Of a stretch of 64,000 nt of DNA, positions 28,723 to 41,939 are shown piece after piece; within the stretch, counting starts at the first letter, position 1; the number at the start of each line of letters is the position of its first letter. The DNA lies in the NCBI RefSeq assembly GCF_006345805.1, contig NC_043015.1:23312001-23376000 (forward strand), read 5' to 3'. A program made the translations under genes and the position numbers. The notes below the pieces were generated by a model. The model was not told the origin of the DNA. It made no database searches and worked only from the letters and a program-made list of their open reading frames with translations. This stretch comes from Octopus sinensis (taxonomy: Eukaryota).

Positions 28723-29379
28723 TATATGTTTATATTTATGTATGTCTATATATATATGTCATTATACAGTTTATTTCAAGATTTCTTGCCAATAGAGAAA
28801 GAAGTATTTTCTAACCTAGATCCAATGCTCCTTCATTGGAATTTCACCAAGATATTTTTGTATGCATGCGGGTATGAATGTACACACACCTTTCTCTAAC
28901 TTGCCGGGATGTTCAGATGTTTGTGCCTGCTTTGCCGTCTTCAAACTGTAAAAAGAAATTCTCTTACTTATTCATCTAAACCAGTGGTTCTCAACCAGTG
29001 CCCATATGGCCATTGAGGGTCCATATAACGTTTTGGAGGTCTACGCAACGAAATCGTAAATTGGGAATCTAAATATAACAAAATATTTGAGAAAATTAAA
29101 AGATTTCAAGACCTAAGCAGAAGAGGGCAACTTTTCCTGTGGTGAATTGTGAAGTCAGCAGAACACACAAAACAGATTCTTATGGGGATGGAAAGTAATG
29201 GAATTGAGACATGCATTACCAAACTGAAAAAAGAGAGCACTTTTGTATTCCTCAAGAATCCTGAGAAAGATTCAGAGTATCTGAAGATAATATTTCTGCT
29301 AATTAGATTAGACTGTAATAATTTTAGATGAATAACAACAACAACAATAACAACAACAACAGCGATAATATTAATTACA

Positions 29380-29545
29380 ATCCAGTGTGACTCACTGAGT
29401 GATGCTCGGAGACCTGACGATTTTGTAGTGGACAGAATGAAGAAGGAAACGAAGGTCATAGAAATTGCCATACCTATGAACGGATGAGTGGATGGCAAAA
29501 TGCTAAAAGATGAAATTGCACAAATGTAGGCAATGAAGTTCATAA
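29380..29545 (+). mobile_element. Second R4/Dong-like RLE fragment
   Basis: IQCDSLSDARRPDDFVVDRMKKETKVIEIAIP...LKDEIAQM*AMK, containing the RRPD...IEIA catalytic region. Confidence 0.6.
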
Positions 29546-31506
29546 TTATCCATCACTGTTTTATATCAACGTTTGAAACTTTCTTCAGATATTTTCAAAA
29601 TGTCTACATCTACATGGTTCAATAACTGCATACTTGTGATTATTACATGGAATTATTATCCTATATAGGACAATTCCAATTTTTTTCGGGAAATTTACAA
29701 AGTACAATAGCACAGTAGCAAAGATTGCCAAGGCACTACTTCAGTAGATATATGTATTGAAATTACAATAGATGGGAGGTGTCTCTCTCAGTATCTACCC
29801 TCGACAAGGAATCGGTAACTAACTACTGCTCTAAGTAGAATTTCTTTTCCTTTTAACTTGTAGTCTTTCGTATATTACAGATTTCAGCCATTGGATTGCA
29901 GACAATATGGGTACATCTTGCAGTCTGTTATTAATCAAATTGACTCCAGTCCTTATTTTTAAGTCTGGCAATTTTTCTGTCAGTCTCTCTTTGCCGATAT
30001 TCACATTCCTTAAATTTTACAACGGAAATGCTTTTTAACATCAGATTGAATGTGAACAACCTTTTCAGCTAAAAGTAGTTTCGAGAACAGCTATATAATT
30101 TTTTCTTAAATCATTTTTTCTGACTCCAAGTACAACAAAACGTCATATTCCTGTCTATGTCACCGCAATTGAAAACTGTTTCAGCGTCACAAAACAATTG
30201 AATGATAGATCAGTCATGACATCTACTATTAGAAACTGACCTACATAAGCTAACAAATGATTGAGTTTTAGTAACTAAGGAAGATAGCGTGAGATATTAT
30301 TTACATTAAGCTTATTTTCATTTTTTCTGTCCGTATTAATAATAATATACCTGGAAATTGTTTAAAGGGTTTTAAGTTGATGGATTTACACCTGCACGGG
30401 AACTTGTTTAATGTAGATGAGCGCATAGAGGTTACTTTTCTGTGAATGAGAGCAAAGAACGATTCAGCAATCTTGTAGGTTTGAAGACATAAATTGCTGG
30501 CTCTAAACATCCAGATGGTGTAGAGAAGTTTTCATCATAAAATATAGTTAAGTTGAAAACAAAGAAATAGATAAGAATGGAAAGTTATGTTTCATTTTTG
30601 AGTTTGTTTTTTTTTATTCGGAATTGTCTTGTGCAATAAATTAATACGGAATCATACTCAGTTTCGTTTCTGAATAATATACAACGAACATCTAGTTCGA
30701 CAGCTTCATGAACAAACTGAATTTTCAGAGATTTTTACTTATCGGGGAAGTACGTTTTATGAACCACATAGATGTGATTGTGATATAAATAAACAACTAA
30801 CCGGAGCATATAATATCAAAAGAGTTTCAATCTGATACCAGAGACATTCTTTACTCCCTATATTCTGCTCATAGCTAACAAAACCATGTAAACTGTCGGA
30901 GATTAGTACAGCTGCAATTTCTCTAGGCTAACTTACCCTAACTGAAATATCCAAAACCATGGTGCATCGTTTTCTTCATTGCAGTCCTAATCATTTAAAG
31001 TAAAGTTATTTTGTATCTTTTATTTGTCTCCGTAATTTGACTGCGACCATACTAGGAGACTGCTTGAAGTGTTTTAGCCAAATGAATCTATCACAGTAAT
31101 TAATTAGTCTGTTTAAAGAATGTTCCTTGGACAAGCGCGGCTTTTTAAATCAGACCTCGTACATATATGTGTGTGTGTGTCTCCGAAAGACTTCCTTCAG
31201 TTTCCATCAATCAAATCCACTCACTCCCAGAGCTTGTCCAAAGTTGAAACATCTGTTTTAGATATGTATGAAGGTTTGTTCATAGACCAATTTTATCAAG
31301 CGATTAAATTGATCGACAGAAATTATAGAGAACCATCCTCACAATATCTTACTCAGAGCCAAATCAAATCAATTTATAGGGGAGAAAATAAAAGAAAAAG
31401 GATGGAATTTTTACAGTGAGGCATTTATACAGAACAAGTGGAGGTGTATTCCGTTAAGAACGTATCAGAGTACAAAATAGAGCACGTTCACCCTTAGAAT
31501 TTCCAG

Positions 31507-31656
31507 ATAACCAGCAGTATAATGGTACATACTACCAATTCAAGGATTGGTTCAATGTAGCCAGTTGGACGTGATAGCATCGAGATGAAACATTTATTTA
31601 CGGAGACACCGATTATATATAACCTGGGGAGATACAACTAGATTCCCATTATACAG
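31507..31656 (+). pseudogene. Candidate frameshifted cadherin-repeat exon
   Basis: aatttccag|...ATACAG|gtaaac; (D)NQQYNGTYYQFKDWFNVAS(fs)GRDSIEMKHLFTETPIIYNL, cf. GxNGxVxY..FxVxxxxG.I.....LDxExxxxYxL. Confidence 0.3.
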
Positions 31657-31789
31657 GTAAACCGTTACTTAATTTTAATTTCAATTCGGTTGATGTTGAC
31701 CTGCAGTATCGAAACATGTGTAGTGGTCATTGAACAGTTCTCGAATCGTGATCCCTCTTCATTTTGACTCTATTCTTCCCTGCTGTTTT

Positions 31790-31845
31790 TACGTTTTCGT
31801 TTCTCGTTGAGTTCTACGTCTATTTGTGGTGTCCTGTACACACGT
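31790..31845. repeat. Interspersed repeat shared in inverted orientation with 55588-55640 (probable PLE pLTR fragment)
   Basis: acgttttcgtttctcgttgagttctacgtctatttgtggtgtcctgtac versus the reverse complement of gtacaggacaccaaagggacgtcgaacacaaagagaaacgaaaacat. Confidence 0.6.
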
Positions 31846-32059
31846 ATATATATTTATATATGCATGTATATATACATGTAGATGTAGGTACGTACATATA
31901 TGTTTGTATGTATGCATATATTTTATTTATTACACTATTGTATGACTGAGCGCCTTCGCGTCGATTCGGTTCGATTCGTTTGGTTTCGTTTCGTTTCTTC
32001 GTCTCTAAGCTGGTTTATATATATATATATATATCTACGTACATATGTACTTATATATA

Positions 32060-32114
<55 letters not shown>

Positions 32115-32177
32115 ATATATATCTACGTACATATGTACTTATATATATATATATATATACATATACATACATGCTTA

Positions 32178-32965
32178 CAAATCATCCCATATTCCCAATT
32201 CCTCCGTCTACGCAGGTTCTGTAGTGACGACCATGATTTTGAGACAGTCTCAACTCATGGCTCGCCACTTTATCCTACGTGGATATCCCCTTACCACTAT
32301 CCACACCGCCCTTGCCAGAGCACGTTCCGTGGACCGTGCATCTGCTCTCTCCCCCCGAACCCGCCCTGCAGTCTCCCGCCTCTATTTTCCCCTCACCTAC
32401 CACCCCACCACGCTACCTCTCCAACGCACCATTCTCCGAGCTTTCCGGCATCTCAACTCCGACCCGTCCACTTCACAAATCTTCCCTAACCGACCCCTCC
32501 CCTTCTTCAAACGAGCCCACAACCTACGAGACCTCTTGGTCCACAGCTTCTTCCCCAACCCTACCTACTAACCTGGCTCGTTCCCCTGCTCTCGCCCACG
32601 CTGCCGCACCAGCCCTTACCTCCTCACCGGCACCCATCATCGACACTATTGCATCATCGACTCTTTCACGAGCACCTCCAGCAATATCATCTATTGCATT
32701 TCCTGCTCTCTATGCTATTCCCTGTACATCGGACAAAGGGGACGCCGCTTGGCTGACCGGTTCGCGGAACACCTCCGAGACATCCGCCTCGACAATGACA
32801 CCCCAGTCTCACGCCATTTCCCCTCAACCGGTCACTCCTTGCAACACCTGTCTGTGGTCGGATTGTCCTTGCACAGAGGCCATCCGGACTCCCGTTTGCA
32901 CCGTGGACAGGATTAAACTTCTCTCTTCGCTCTTTTACGCCATTTGGGTTCAACTCTCCTTCCCT
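32178..32965 (+). mobile_element. Penelope-like element: RT thumb plus GIY-YIG endonuclease, 5'-truncated and frameshifted
   Basis: IPYSQFLRLRRFCSDDHDFE; MARHFILRGYP...LTYHPTT...FKRAHNLRDLLVHS; PCSRPRCRT; FTSTSSNIIYCISCSLCYSLYIGQRGRRLADRFAEHLRDIR...PVSRHF...GHS. Confidence 0.9.
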
Positions 32966-33745
32966 CTTCATCTAACCTCCTCCCCGACTCCTAATTCTCT
33001 TCACTCCTACATCTTTTCACCCCTACTCTCTTTCCTTCTTCTCCCTTACTCTCTTTTTCTCTGCTCCCTCACTCTCCTTCTCTTCTCTCTCCCCCTCCCT
33101 CCTCCGTTTTCCCTCCCAACTCTCCTCTCTTGCCCCGACCCCTACTTCTCTTCACTCCTACTTCTCTTCACTGCTACTTCCCTTCACCCCTACTTTCTTT
33201 CCCTCTTTTCTTTACTGTCTTTCTCTCTTCTCTCCAACTATTTTTCTCTCTTTCTCTCCCCTCTTACTCTATCCTTCTCTTCTCTCTTTCCCCTCTTCTC
33301 TCCTCCTCTCTTCTCTCCTACTCTTTCATCCTCTCTTTCTCTCTTCTCTCCTCCTCTGTTTCCTCACATTCCCACCTTCCCCTCCCCCATAAACCCACCC
33401 ACCCCTACACATCCCTACTCTACCTTCCCTATCCTTACCAATCTCATCCCACCCCAATCCTATCCCACAACCCTCCCCCACATACCCCACCTCTACCTAC
33501 CCACAAAACCCAACTCTACCCCAACCCCCAGCCGAACCTACACCTCACCCGTGCTTTCCCCACTCTCGCCGCCCCCAACCAACAACATCACACCACAACA
33601 CACAACACCATACAACATTACACATCACATCACAACACACCACCCACAGACCCATCCCCACATCTTTACACACATACACGCACACGTCCAGACCACCAGC
33701 CCTCTTTCACACGCACATACACGACCCTCGTATACACACAGGCAC
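32965..33745 (+). repeat. Strongly strand-asymmetric pyrimidine-rich then C/A-rich low-complexity tract (PLE 3' region)
   Basis: About 400 bp almost purely C/T followed by C-run and CA-rich sequence, lying between the GIY-YIG end and the pLTR. Confidence 0.8.
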
Positions 33746-33746
33746 C

Positions 33747-34018
33747 TTTGTGTTGGGGGTCATCTTTACCTTGTTATCTCCCCTACTTTCCTTCCTGTGT
33801 TTGACCCTTCTGTCCGGTACTAGTCCCCATGATAGATCGTTAGCCACTATACACTTTTTCTCTCCTTGTTTCTCTCTTTGTTTTTTCTATGTCCCTTTCT
33901 GTAGCAGAGCGTAGGCTCGAAACGTAAAATAATTTTTCTTTTCATGAGCGTTATACTAATACATCTGTTTGTTTTGTACACCACCTGTCTTCGTCTTCTG
34001 TTTTTTTCGTAAACCCCC
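33747..34018 (+). mobile_element. PLE pseudo-LTR at the 3' end of the 32.2-34.0 kb element
   Basis: Same family as 28401-28670; ends in (TA)n; carries the hammerhead-like motif 33896-33929. Confidence 0.75.
33896..33929 (+). ncRNA. Minimal type I hammerhead-like motif with atypical core
   Basis: TTT-CTGTAGC-A-GAGC(GTAG)GCTC-GAAA-CGTA-AAA: stem II GAGC/GCTC, GAAA, palindromic ACGT helix III, GUA cleavage triplet, 3-bp stem I. Core deviates from CUGANGA. Confidence 0.5.
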
Positions 34019-34049
34019 TATATATATATATATGAGGTAGTTATTATTC

Positions 34050-34445
34050 TTTTACTCTTTTACTTGTTTCAGACATTTGACTGCGGCCATACAGGAGCAC
34101 CGCCTTTAATCGAGCAACTCGACCCCGGGACTTATTCTTTTGTAAGCCCAGTACTTATTATATCGGTCTCTTTTGCCGAACCGCTGGGTAACGGGGACAT
34201 AAGCACACCAGCATCGGCTGTCAAGCAATGCTAGGGGGACAAACACAGACACACAAACACACACACGCACATATATATATATATATACGGCGGGCTTCTT
34301 TCAATCTCCATCTACCAAATCCACTCACAAGGCATTGGTCGGCCCGAGGCTATAGTAGAAGACACCTGCCCAAGGTGCGACGCAGTGGGACTGAATCCGG
34401 ACCCATGTGGTTGGTAAACAAGCTACTTGCCACACAGCCACTCCT
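34050..34445 (-). mobile_element. Near full-length tRNA-derived SINE (family A)
   Basis: Minus head aggagTGGCTGTGTGG (A box, 34430-34440) and GGATTCAGTCC (B-box-like, 34388-34398), internal TA/CA microsatellite, 3' body ending in an (AAAAGT)-like tail. Confidence 0.85.
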
Positions 34446-34753
34446 ATTATTGATAAATAACAATAATACCGGTGGCTAGTTAGCAAAAGCACCAAAAGTC
34501 AAATGCCTCTCAACGGTTTTAATGAGTTTAATCAGGCGAGTAAACATTTAGCACCAGGCAGCAAGACCCACTGAAGAGGACAAAGAGAATACTCTGAAAG
34601 CTTGAAATCACGTGATAAAGGTATATCTGCAATATTATTTGCGATTGTAGCTCGCTTTTGGTATGTTGGCTATTTTCGTCAGCTTTTTAACTTTGAATGT
34701 TTGTGGCTAATTGAGTCGCTTTCTAGCGAACCTGGTGCTGTGTAGTACCCTTC

Positions 34754-34790
<37 letters not shown>

Positions 34791-34922
34791 GAATAATTTC
34801 TTCATTGAATGTAAAATCCTGTGGTTGTAGATTGTATTGTAATACTAGTTTCATGTTCAATATACAAAAACAACATAGACTCTCATCCGTCCAAAATAAA
34901 TTAACGTGCACACTCACAGACA

Positions 34923-35052
<130 letters not shown>

Positions 35053-35733
35053 CATGTATATATATATGTGTGTGTGTGTGTATACAGAGAGAGAGAAGGA
35101 GAGAGTTAAATAAATATATATATATATATATATGCGTATGTGTGACGGTGTATGTGAATGTGTATCTGTATATGCATGTATTTATGTATGTTTATATGAA
35201 ATATACAGATAATGGATTACTGAGAAAAATACTCTCGTATACTTTCCATGATTAGAAGGTAAAAGATATCATTACAGATTATCAACATGTACAAATTCGT
35301 TTATACATGGAAGCCTGTAAATTGCTAATGGCCCTAAAATTATCGGAGTGTGAACAGATTTTCTAGAATAATTTATCATTTTCTTAACACTAATAGTTTA
35401 GGATTTTCTTTCGTGATGTATATTGGGAGAAGTTTACGTCTATAATTTTCTTTAAATGGTACCTTTGAGAATTTCCTTCTCGTTGCAATGTACCCATTTT
35501 CTTACACCTAAGTGCATTCTCATTTACTTTCATTTTAACATGCGTATATGCGAATATACGTGATGGTGTTTGCTTATACATTGTATAAATATTGGTGCGT
35601 GTATACATATATATATATATACACACATACATAAATGCACGCATGCGTACATAATTATAAACATATATAAGTGTATATATGCATATGTACATTCACACAC
35701 TTATATACATACATATATATATACATACAAATA

Positions 35734-35774
<41 letters not shown>

Positions 35775-35793
35775 TATATATATATTATATATA

Positions 35794-36118
35794 TATATAT
35801 ACCAATTAAGGACTGAACACGAAAAGTGGACAGTCAACATGCTAGATATAGACGTCAAATCGCCATTCACCACAAAAGATTATGTCTCAGATCAAACTCA
35901 ACACAAAACCATAGCAATAAACAAGTGAAAAATATACGAAATAAAATAATTACCCATGAAATTATTTTATTTCGTATATTTTTCACTTGTTTATTGCTAT
36001 GGTTTTGTGTTGAGTTTGATCTGAGAACATAATCTTTTGTGGTGAATGGCGATTTGACGTCTATATCTAGCATGTTGACTGTCCACTTTTCGTGTTCAGT
36101 CCTTAATTGGTATATATA
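35794..36118. repeat. Near-perfect inverted repeat (arms ~158 bp, 8-nt spacer)
   Basis: 35794-35951 is the reverse complement of 35960-36118 except one 1-nt indel (ATTATGTCTCAG vs ATTATGTTCTCAG); spacer ACCCATGA; mirror ORFs 35826-36032(+) and 35867-36073(-). Confidence 0.95.
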
Positions 36119-36195
36119 AATATTTTAATCTTCGGATTCTTTTTTAATATGCTAGACCACTGGTCTTAATTGATAAATATCAATTTCTACCCTTA

Positions 36196-36283
<88 letters not shown>

Positions 36284-38049
36284 GGTGGCGCAAAAGCCAA
36301 CACAGACTCTCTCTCACACATGTCTGTGTGCGTTTTGTCGAGTAGTATTTACCACCTATACAATCAGAGGATATTTGAAGACGCGATATACGCTGATTTT
36401 ATTTATACTCTAACTCGGATGTTTGTAAATCTCTTACAAAAAGATCCCTTATTTACGTATTTGTGTAATTGCCAATGAGTAAGTCTAAAAAAGGGAATTG
36501 TGTAAGACGTCATGGAGAATGCAAACCCAAAAGAACGAAGTGGGCAATGATTAATTTAGTTTGCAGATGAATGTAATTCAAAATTACTGGCGTTTCTTTC
36601 TGTATGTTGGAAGAGAGCTTATGTGTAAGTAGTTTTAGAAGTAGATATTAGAGTTGAGATTTAGGAGAAAAGTTTTGAAAGTAACGCCATGAATATCTAT
36701 TCTGTATATGCATCTGCAGGTAAAAACTTTGGTCGAATATTGTAAAATTATTCAACATCTCGTAACACGAGATTTGTGTTCTCGTTAATTATCCATGCAG
36801 ATGCTTACAACTGATGTTCTTAAAATATTGCATGTTTGTGTTATGAAATAATTTGAAACCGATTTATATTATCTAAAGGAATTTCATACTTATATGCACA
36901 CAAAGAACCACACACAGGCACATGGTGGTGACGCATGTTTGCAGAAGATATGGGTTCGAATCCCTCGGGTAACATTCGATATTTTCTATTCAAACAGTTT
37001 TTGGTTTTTTTTGCAAAATACTTCAACGCTATCTGTATAGATTTCTCTGCTTCGAGAGGCACTATTCCAGAAAGAGTATACATACATACATGTACATACA
37101 TATATATATATAATAAATAGGTGTATACACATGCACGCACACAAACACACACATCTGCAAACACATACGCGCGCACATGTACACACGTACAAACATTTAT
37201 GTATATATACACAGCATTGAATTTGTGCCTACCTGTGCGCGTATATATATGAGTAAGTATATGTGCGAATATACGTTTATACATTTATTATTTTACACTA
37301 AACATAAATTTCGCAGTTTAATATTTCTCCTCCTTACGATTTACAGCGTTCCGAAATTTAGCCTTGATTTTTCTCTGATTTGGAGATCTCACCTTGAGAT
37401 AAACGCCTGTACGCTATACGTGAACGGTCGTGCATGCTAAATATAGTTGCACAATCTAACAAAAATACACCATTTTAGAACAGAAACACACTTTATATTA
37501 TTCTTCTACAAACACGATATTTATTTATAACTGGAATTACTCCTGGACTTATTCACTCTTCATTATAATAGCAATATCATCATCATCATCATCATCATCA
37601 TCATCTTCGTAGTCGTCATCGTCGTCATCATAATCATCACCGACAAAATCAACAATTTATTGCTCAAAACAACAAACAGTTACCCAATATGTTGTGGGTA
37701 CTAATCTAATGTAAATTTCCAAGCTGGAGATCAAAGTTGGAATTCTAAGATAGAACAATACCCGATTTATTAAAACGTAGAATAATTCTCAAGTTGGCAT
37801 TAATCTAAATGCAAATATTTTTAATATAGTGAATCGCGTAGGAGGTTCGTGAACAATGTTCATCTTGTGTATATTGAAATCTTATTGATGCAAATTCCAC
37901 TTATTCATACTGAATGACTGACAAAGTCATACAGAATGCAATATGACCAACGAAGCTCTTTGAAATAACAGCCAAATGCCCCTCACATCAGTGTCAACTG
38001 TCTTTTCTATGCGTGGCTATGCGCTAAGCAAATTGCTTTCCAATGAAAT

Positions 38050-38340
38050 GGTTTCGAACACTATCTCAGTGCATGGGTACTGCGGCCAATTACATATAGT
38101 ACAGCCACGGGCTGACCAAATGCTTAGGGGTGGCTTTGGTAAACGGGAACTGAAAGAAGCCAATCCTATGCTTTGCGTGTGTCTGTGTTTGTGTGTGTGT
38201 TTGTGTGTATACTTTCGTGCTCGTTCTTGTCTCCCGACACTGCTTGAAAACAGGTGTTGGTTTGTTCATGTCACTATAGCTTTGCAATTCCGTAAAAAAA
38301 GACCAAAACCAGTAGCAGGCTTGAAAAATAAATAAAATAT
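38050..38340 (+). mobile_element. Decayed SINE family A copy
   Basis: gggctgaccaaatgctt...tttggtaaacgggaactgaaagaagcc...gtgtctgtgtttgtg...cttgaaaacaggtgttggtttgttcatgtc follows the layout of 42447-42825. Confidence 0.6.
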
Positions 38341-38480
38341 ATATTAAAGAATTACATCTAAATTATAAAATGACTGCGTATGTCACAAATACTGTGTCAT
38401 TGATAAATTTCATTCTTTCACTCGGGGATAAAATTTACTTAAACACCTAAATAAATAAAATATATGTTTGCTCCGCATAG

Positions 38481-38870
38481 GATCTTTTTCTGAAGTTGAG
38501 TCATCTTGTGCACAGAGGCACCGAAGCCGTTGTGATAGAACGTATGTAAACATTCGACTTCCACAATTGAAGACTTTTTGTTAAAAGTTACTAATGGAGA
38601 AACGACACTGCCTTTAGGGGTCACACGAACTACAAATAATAGAAACAAACCACCGTCAAATGGAACATCACACATTATAACATATAATAGGTTATATACA
38701 AACGAAAGGGTTAGCCATAGACGGATTGATTTGGATCATAGATCTTCCACTTATTCTTTCATTATCAGAAATGCCTCTAACTATCGTAAACAACAGTTTA
38801 CGAACACCTCACATCAAGATAGAATCGGTTTACGAACAACTTTTCGAATACACACATACAGGCACACACA
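38481..38870 (+). pseudogene. Candidate degenerate whole cadherin repeat
   Basis: After acceptor gtttgctccgcatag|: YVNIRLPQL(fs)LLKV..ETTLPLG..SNG..ITYN(fs)LAIDGLIW(fs)DLDHRSSTYSFIIRNASN..QFTNT(fs)HIKIESVYEQLF; motif order fits one cadherin repeat but needs several frameshifts. Confidence 0.3.
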
Positions 38871-39516
38871 CACACGCATACACACATACGCACACACGCA
38901 TACGCACACATACAAATACATATAAACCAGCTCAACGCGAAAATAGTGTAAATACATTGTGCGTCGAATATTTCTCAGTAATAGCATAAACTTTTTCCGT
39001 TTCGGAATATAAATAAACAGAAATAAATAACCTTTAATTACTCAAGTTGATAATATAAATGTATAATATCCGCTGTAATATAGAAAGAAACATAAAGTAT
39101 ATTGTGAGCAAACTAGACTCTGATCATCTTCAAGAAAACTAACTTATGGACAATATAATCTACCAATATTTGACGATCTACTTCTAGGTAAATACAACTG
39201 AAATAGTGTGATAGACAATGTAATTTGAATAGACTTGCTCATAATATTAAAATATTTAATCTGATGCATACACATACGAATGCATACACCCATACACGCA
39301 TCCCCAAAACAATGACAAAATATGTGTATGTATATATACATTTACATATCCATATTAAATGTGTGCGCGTGCTTATGATTGTGCTTGTATGCGTGAATTT
39401 TTATGAACGAATGCTCACACACATCACTATATTCGTCTCATTTATATTTGACCACTTCTTTTGCAGTCCTATAAACCCTTTTGTTTCTATTAGAAGAGAC
39501 GAATATTGTTTCTTGT

Positions 39517-39577
<61 letters not shown>

Positions 39578-39683
39578 ATTTAGGAATGTTATTTTGTCAG
39601 TTTAGCAAAATGACCATTCCTACATACAACAACATCACACGATTTCACATCAAAAACCTTGCAAAACAAATATATAACGTAAT

Positions 39684-39740
<57 letters not shown>

Positions 39741-39742
39741 GT

Positions 39743-39778
<36 letters not shown>

Positions 39779-40910
39779 GATTAGATAGATAGATAGTATA
39801 TAGATAGATAGAATATAGATAGATAGATATAGATAGATAGATAGATAGATAGATAGACAGATATAGATATATATGCAGATATACGTACATACTCACACAT
39901 ACACCTCTATAATGAAGCTCGCATGTTCAACAACTGAGTCAATAGTAGAAAGAAACACAAACCTTGCCTAAATAAAGCCATTTCATTAGGCAACATTAAA
40001 TGCAGGGGCTTTCGATTTCGACGATTGGAAATGTTGGCCTGGTTCGCCTGAAAAGAATCAGACGTCACGCCAATCAAAAAGCGATACAATTTATGATTGA
40101 AGACAATTCCGATTCGGCAAAAGCTCGTTAGGACATCGGAGGGTATGATATTAGAAAAGAAAAGTGGGTTTTCGACTTGAGGACCAGAGATATAGGGAAA
40201 AAGTCTAACATAGAAAGAATATATTAGTAAAAGATTAAGCCAGAGTAAAATCAAAGAAGATATCTTTAAACTTAAGGCAGTAAGAGTTGAAAAATACGAG
40301 TGTTGAGAGTAGATAAGTAAAGTAAAACATCAGAAAAAAACTGGACTCGCATGATTGAATGCTTAGCAAACAAAACGCAAGTGGAATAGAAGTGGTGGAT
40401 ATCAGCAGGTGTGGGGTGGCTGTCGTAAATGTGGAAGGGAAGGAGATTTGGATTTACAGAAGTGGGTGGTATATACTGACAGATACTGAGAGGAACGAAG
40501 TGGGAGTATGTGTGTGTGTGAGAGAGAGAGAGAGAGGAAAAGAGAAAGGGGGTAAAATAGGCCGACAGAAAAATATTGTCCGTAACAACGTGAAAGTCAA
40601 TTAGTCACGAAGAAAAGTGCCTGAGTACACGAGAAATGTATTTACATATGTACGGACATATATATATATATATTATATATATATAATATATTAATATATT
40701 ATATAATATATATAATAATATATATATACATATATATATATACACATATATATGCATATATATGTATATATATATGTATATATAATATATATATATATAT
40801 ATACATATATATATCTACATATATATATACATATATATGCATATATATATAATGTATATATATATTTATTATATATATATATATAGATATATATATATGT
40901 ATATATATAT

Positions 40911-40945
<35 letters not shown>

Positions 40946-41433
40946 GCATATATTTGCGCGCACATACACACACAGACACATATATATTTTTGTGTGTAGA
41001 AGTGCGCGTGTGTGTGTGTGTGTGTGTGCATATTAAGTGAGAATTGTGAGGAAACACAGAAATCACAGATTTTTATTCTAGGAGCTACTACGATTCTAAT
41101 GTATCTATTATTCGCGAATAATTTTCAGCGTTTATGAAGTTCAGAATTAAATTCTAAATCCCAGAACGCCAGGGGACTCGAAATTTTCATTTGTGCTGCC
41201 TAATCGTATTAACCGTTCGCCATATTTAAATAATAGGCCAATTATTTAGAAATCTAGTGGGGCTAACCTACAGGCGCGTTGTTGTTATCCTAATTGGCAA
41301 GATAGATAAAATTTTCTCTTTTGCAGAAATATAATCGTGGTAAGTCGAAACTTGCTGGTGAAATTGTTTTATCTCTCGCTTACGTTGGCGCACATTCAGA
41401 CACACACACAACACAACACACACACATATATAT

Positions 41434-41499
<66 letters not shown>

Positions 41500-41939
41500 C
41501 ACGTAAAATGGCGAGCACACACTCAACAGCGCATATACGCACACTTGCAGAAATATTCACGCCAGTATGTATAGAGACAAATACTTCCATACATTCTATC
41601 ATATTGGATATATTGTGTATATTGATATATAGGTAAATAGTCAGATACAGACTCTGCCTAAGTCTACTTTGCTTAATGTGTCTTTCCTACATCAAGATGT
41701 CCAAACCAGTCTCGGCTCCTATCATCAGTATCCTTCGTTGATCGTGGAGTACGGAAAATATGATAGGTATTTCGTTAGTGGAATTGGTAGGCAAAAAAAA
41801 AGAAAAAATATGATAAAATTATCAGCCGCCAAATTCAGGACAAAACGAAATAGGTGCTTTGTCTTTTGTAATATGAAGCCGCGGGCATCGTTAGCAAAGA
41901 TTTCAGGTATCTAAAAGCTGTTTACGGGAACTTGACTGA

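Noticed and set aside
28982-29110. hAT/Charlie-like terminus CAGTGGTTCTCAACC
   Set aside because: Only one end is recognisable; no partner TIR or 8-bp TSD found.
32279-33823. 514-aa ORF, the longest in the window
   Set aside because: Off-frame read of the PLE plus a C/T-rich tract that cannot form stops; the real PLE motifs lie in other frames.
34571-34603. CTGAAGA...AGAG(AATA)CTCT-GAAAGCTT hammerhead-like string
   Set aside because: Six extra bases separate the core from the stem II hairpin and stem I does not pair.
36915-36978. tRNA-like string with GGTTCGAATCCC B box
   Set aside because: No complete cloverleaf or acceptor stem; at most a decayed tRNA-derived SINE head.
38700-38745. KGLAIDGLIW read as an LDL-receptor YWTD repeat
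   Set aside because: Single short match with no YWTD motif or neighbouring repeats.
39950-40510. Possible very old RTE 3' fragment on plus strand
   Set aside because: Motifs too eroded to support a call.
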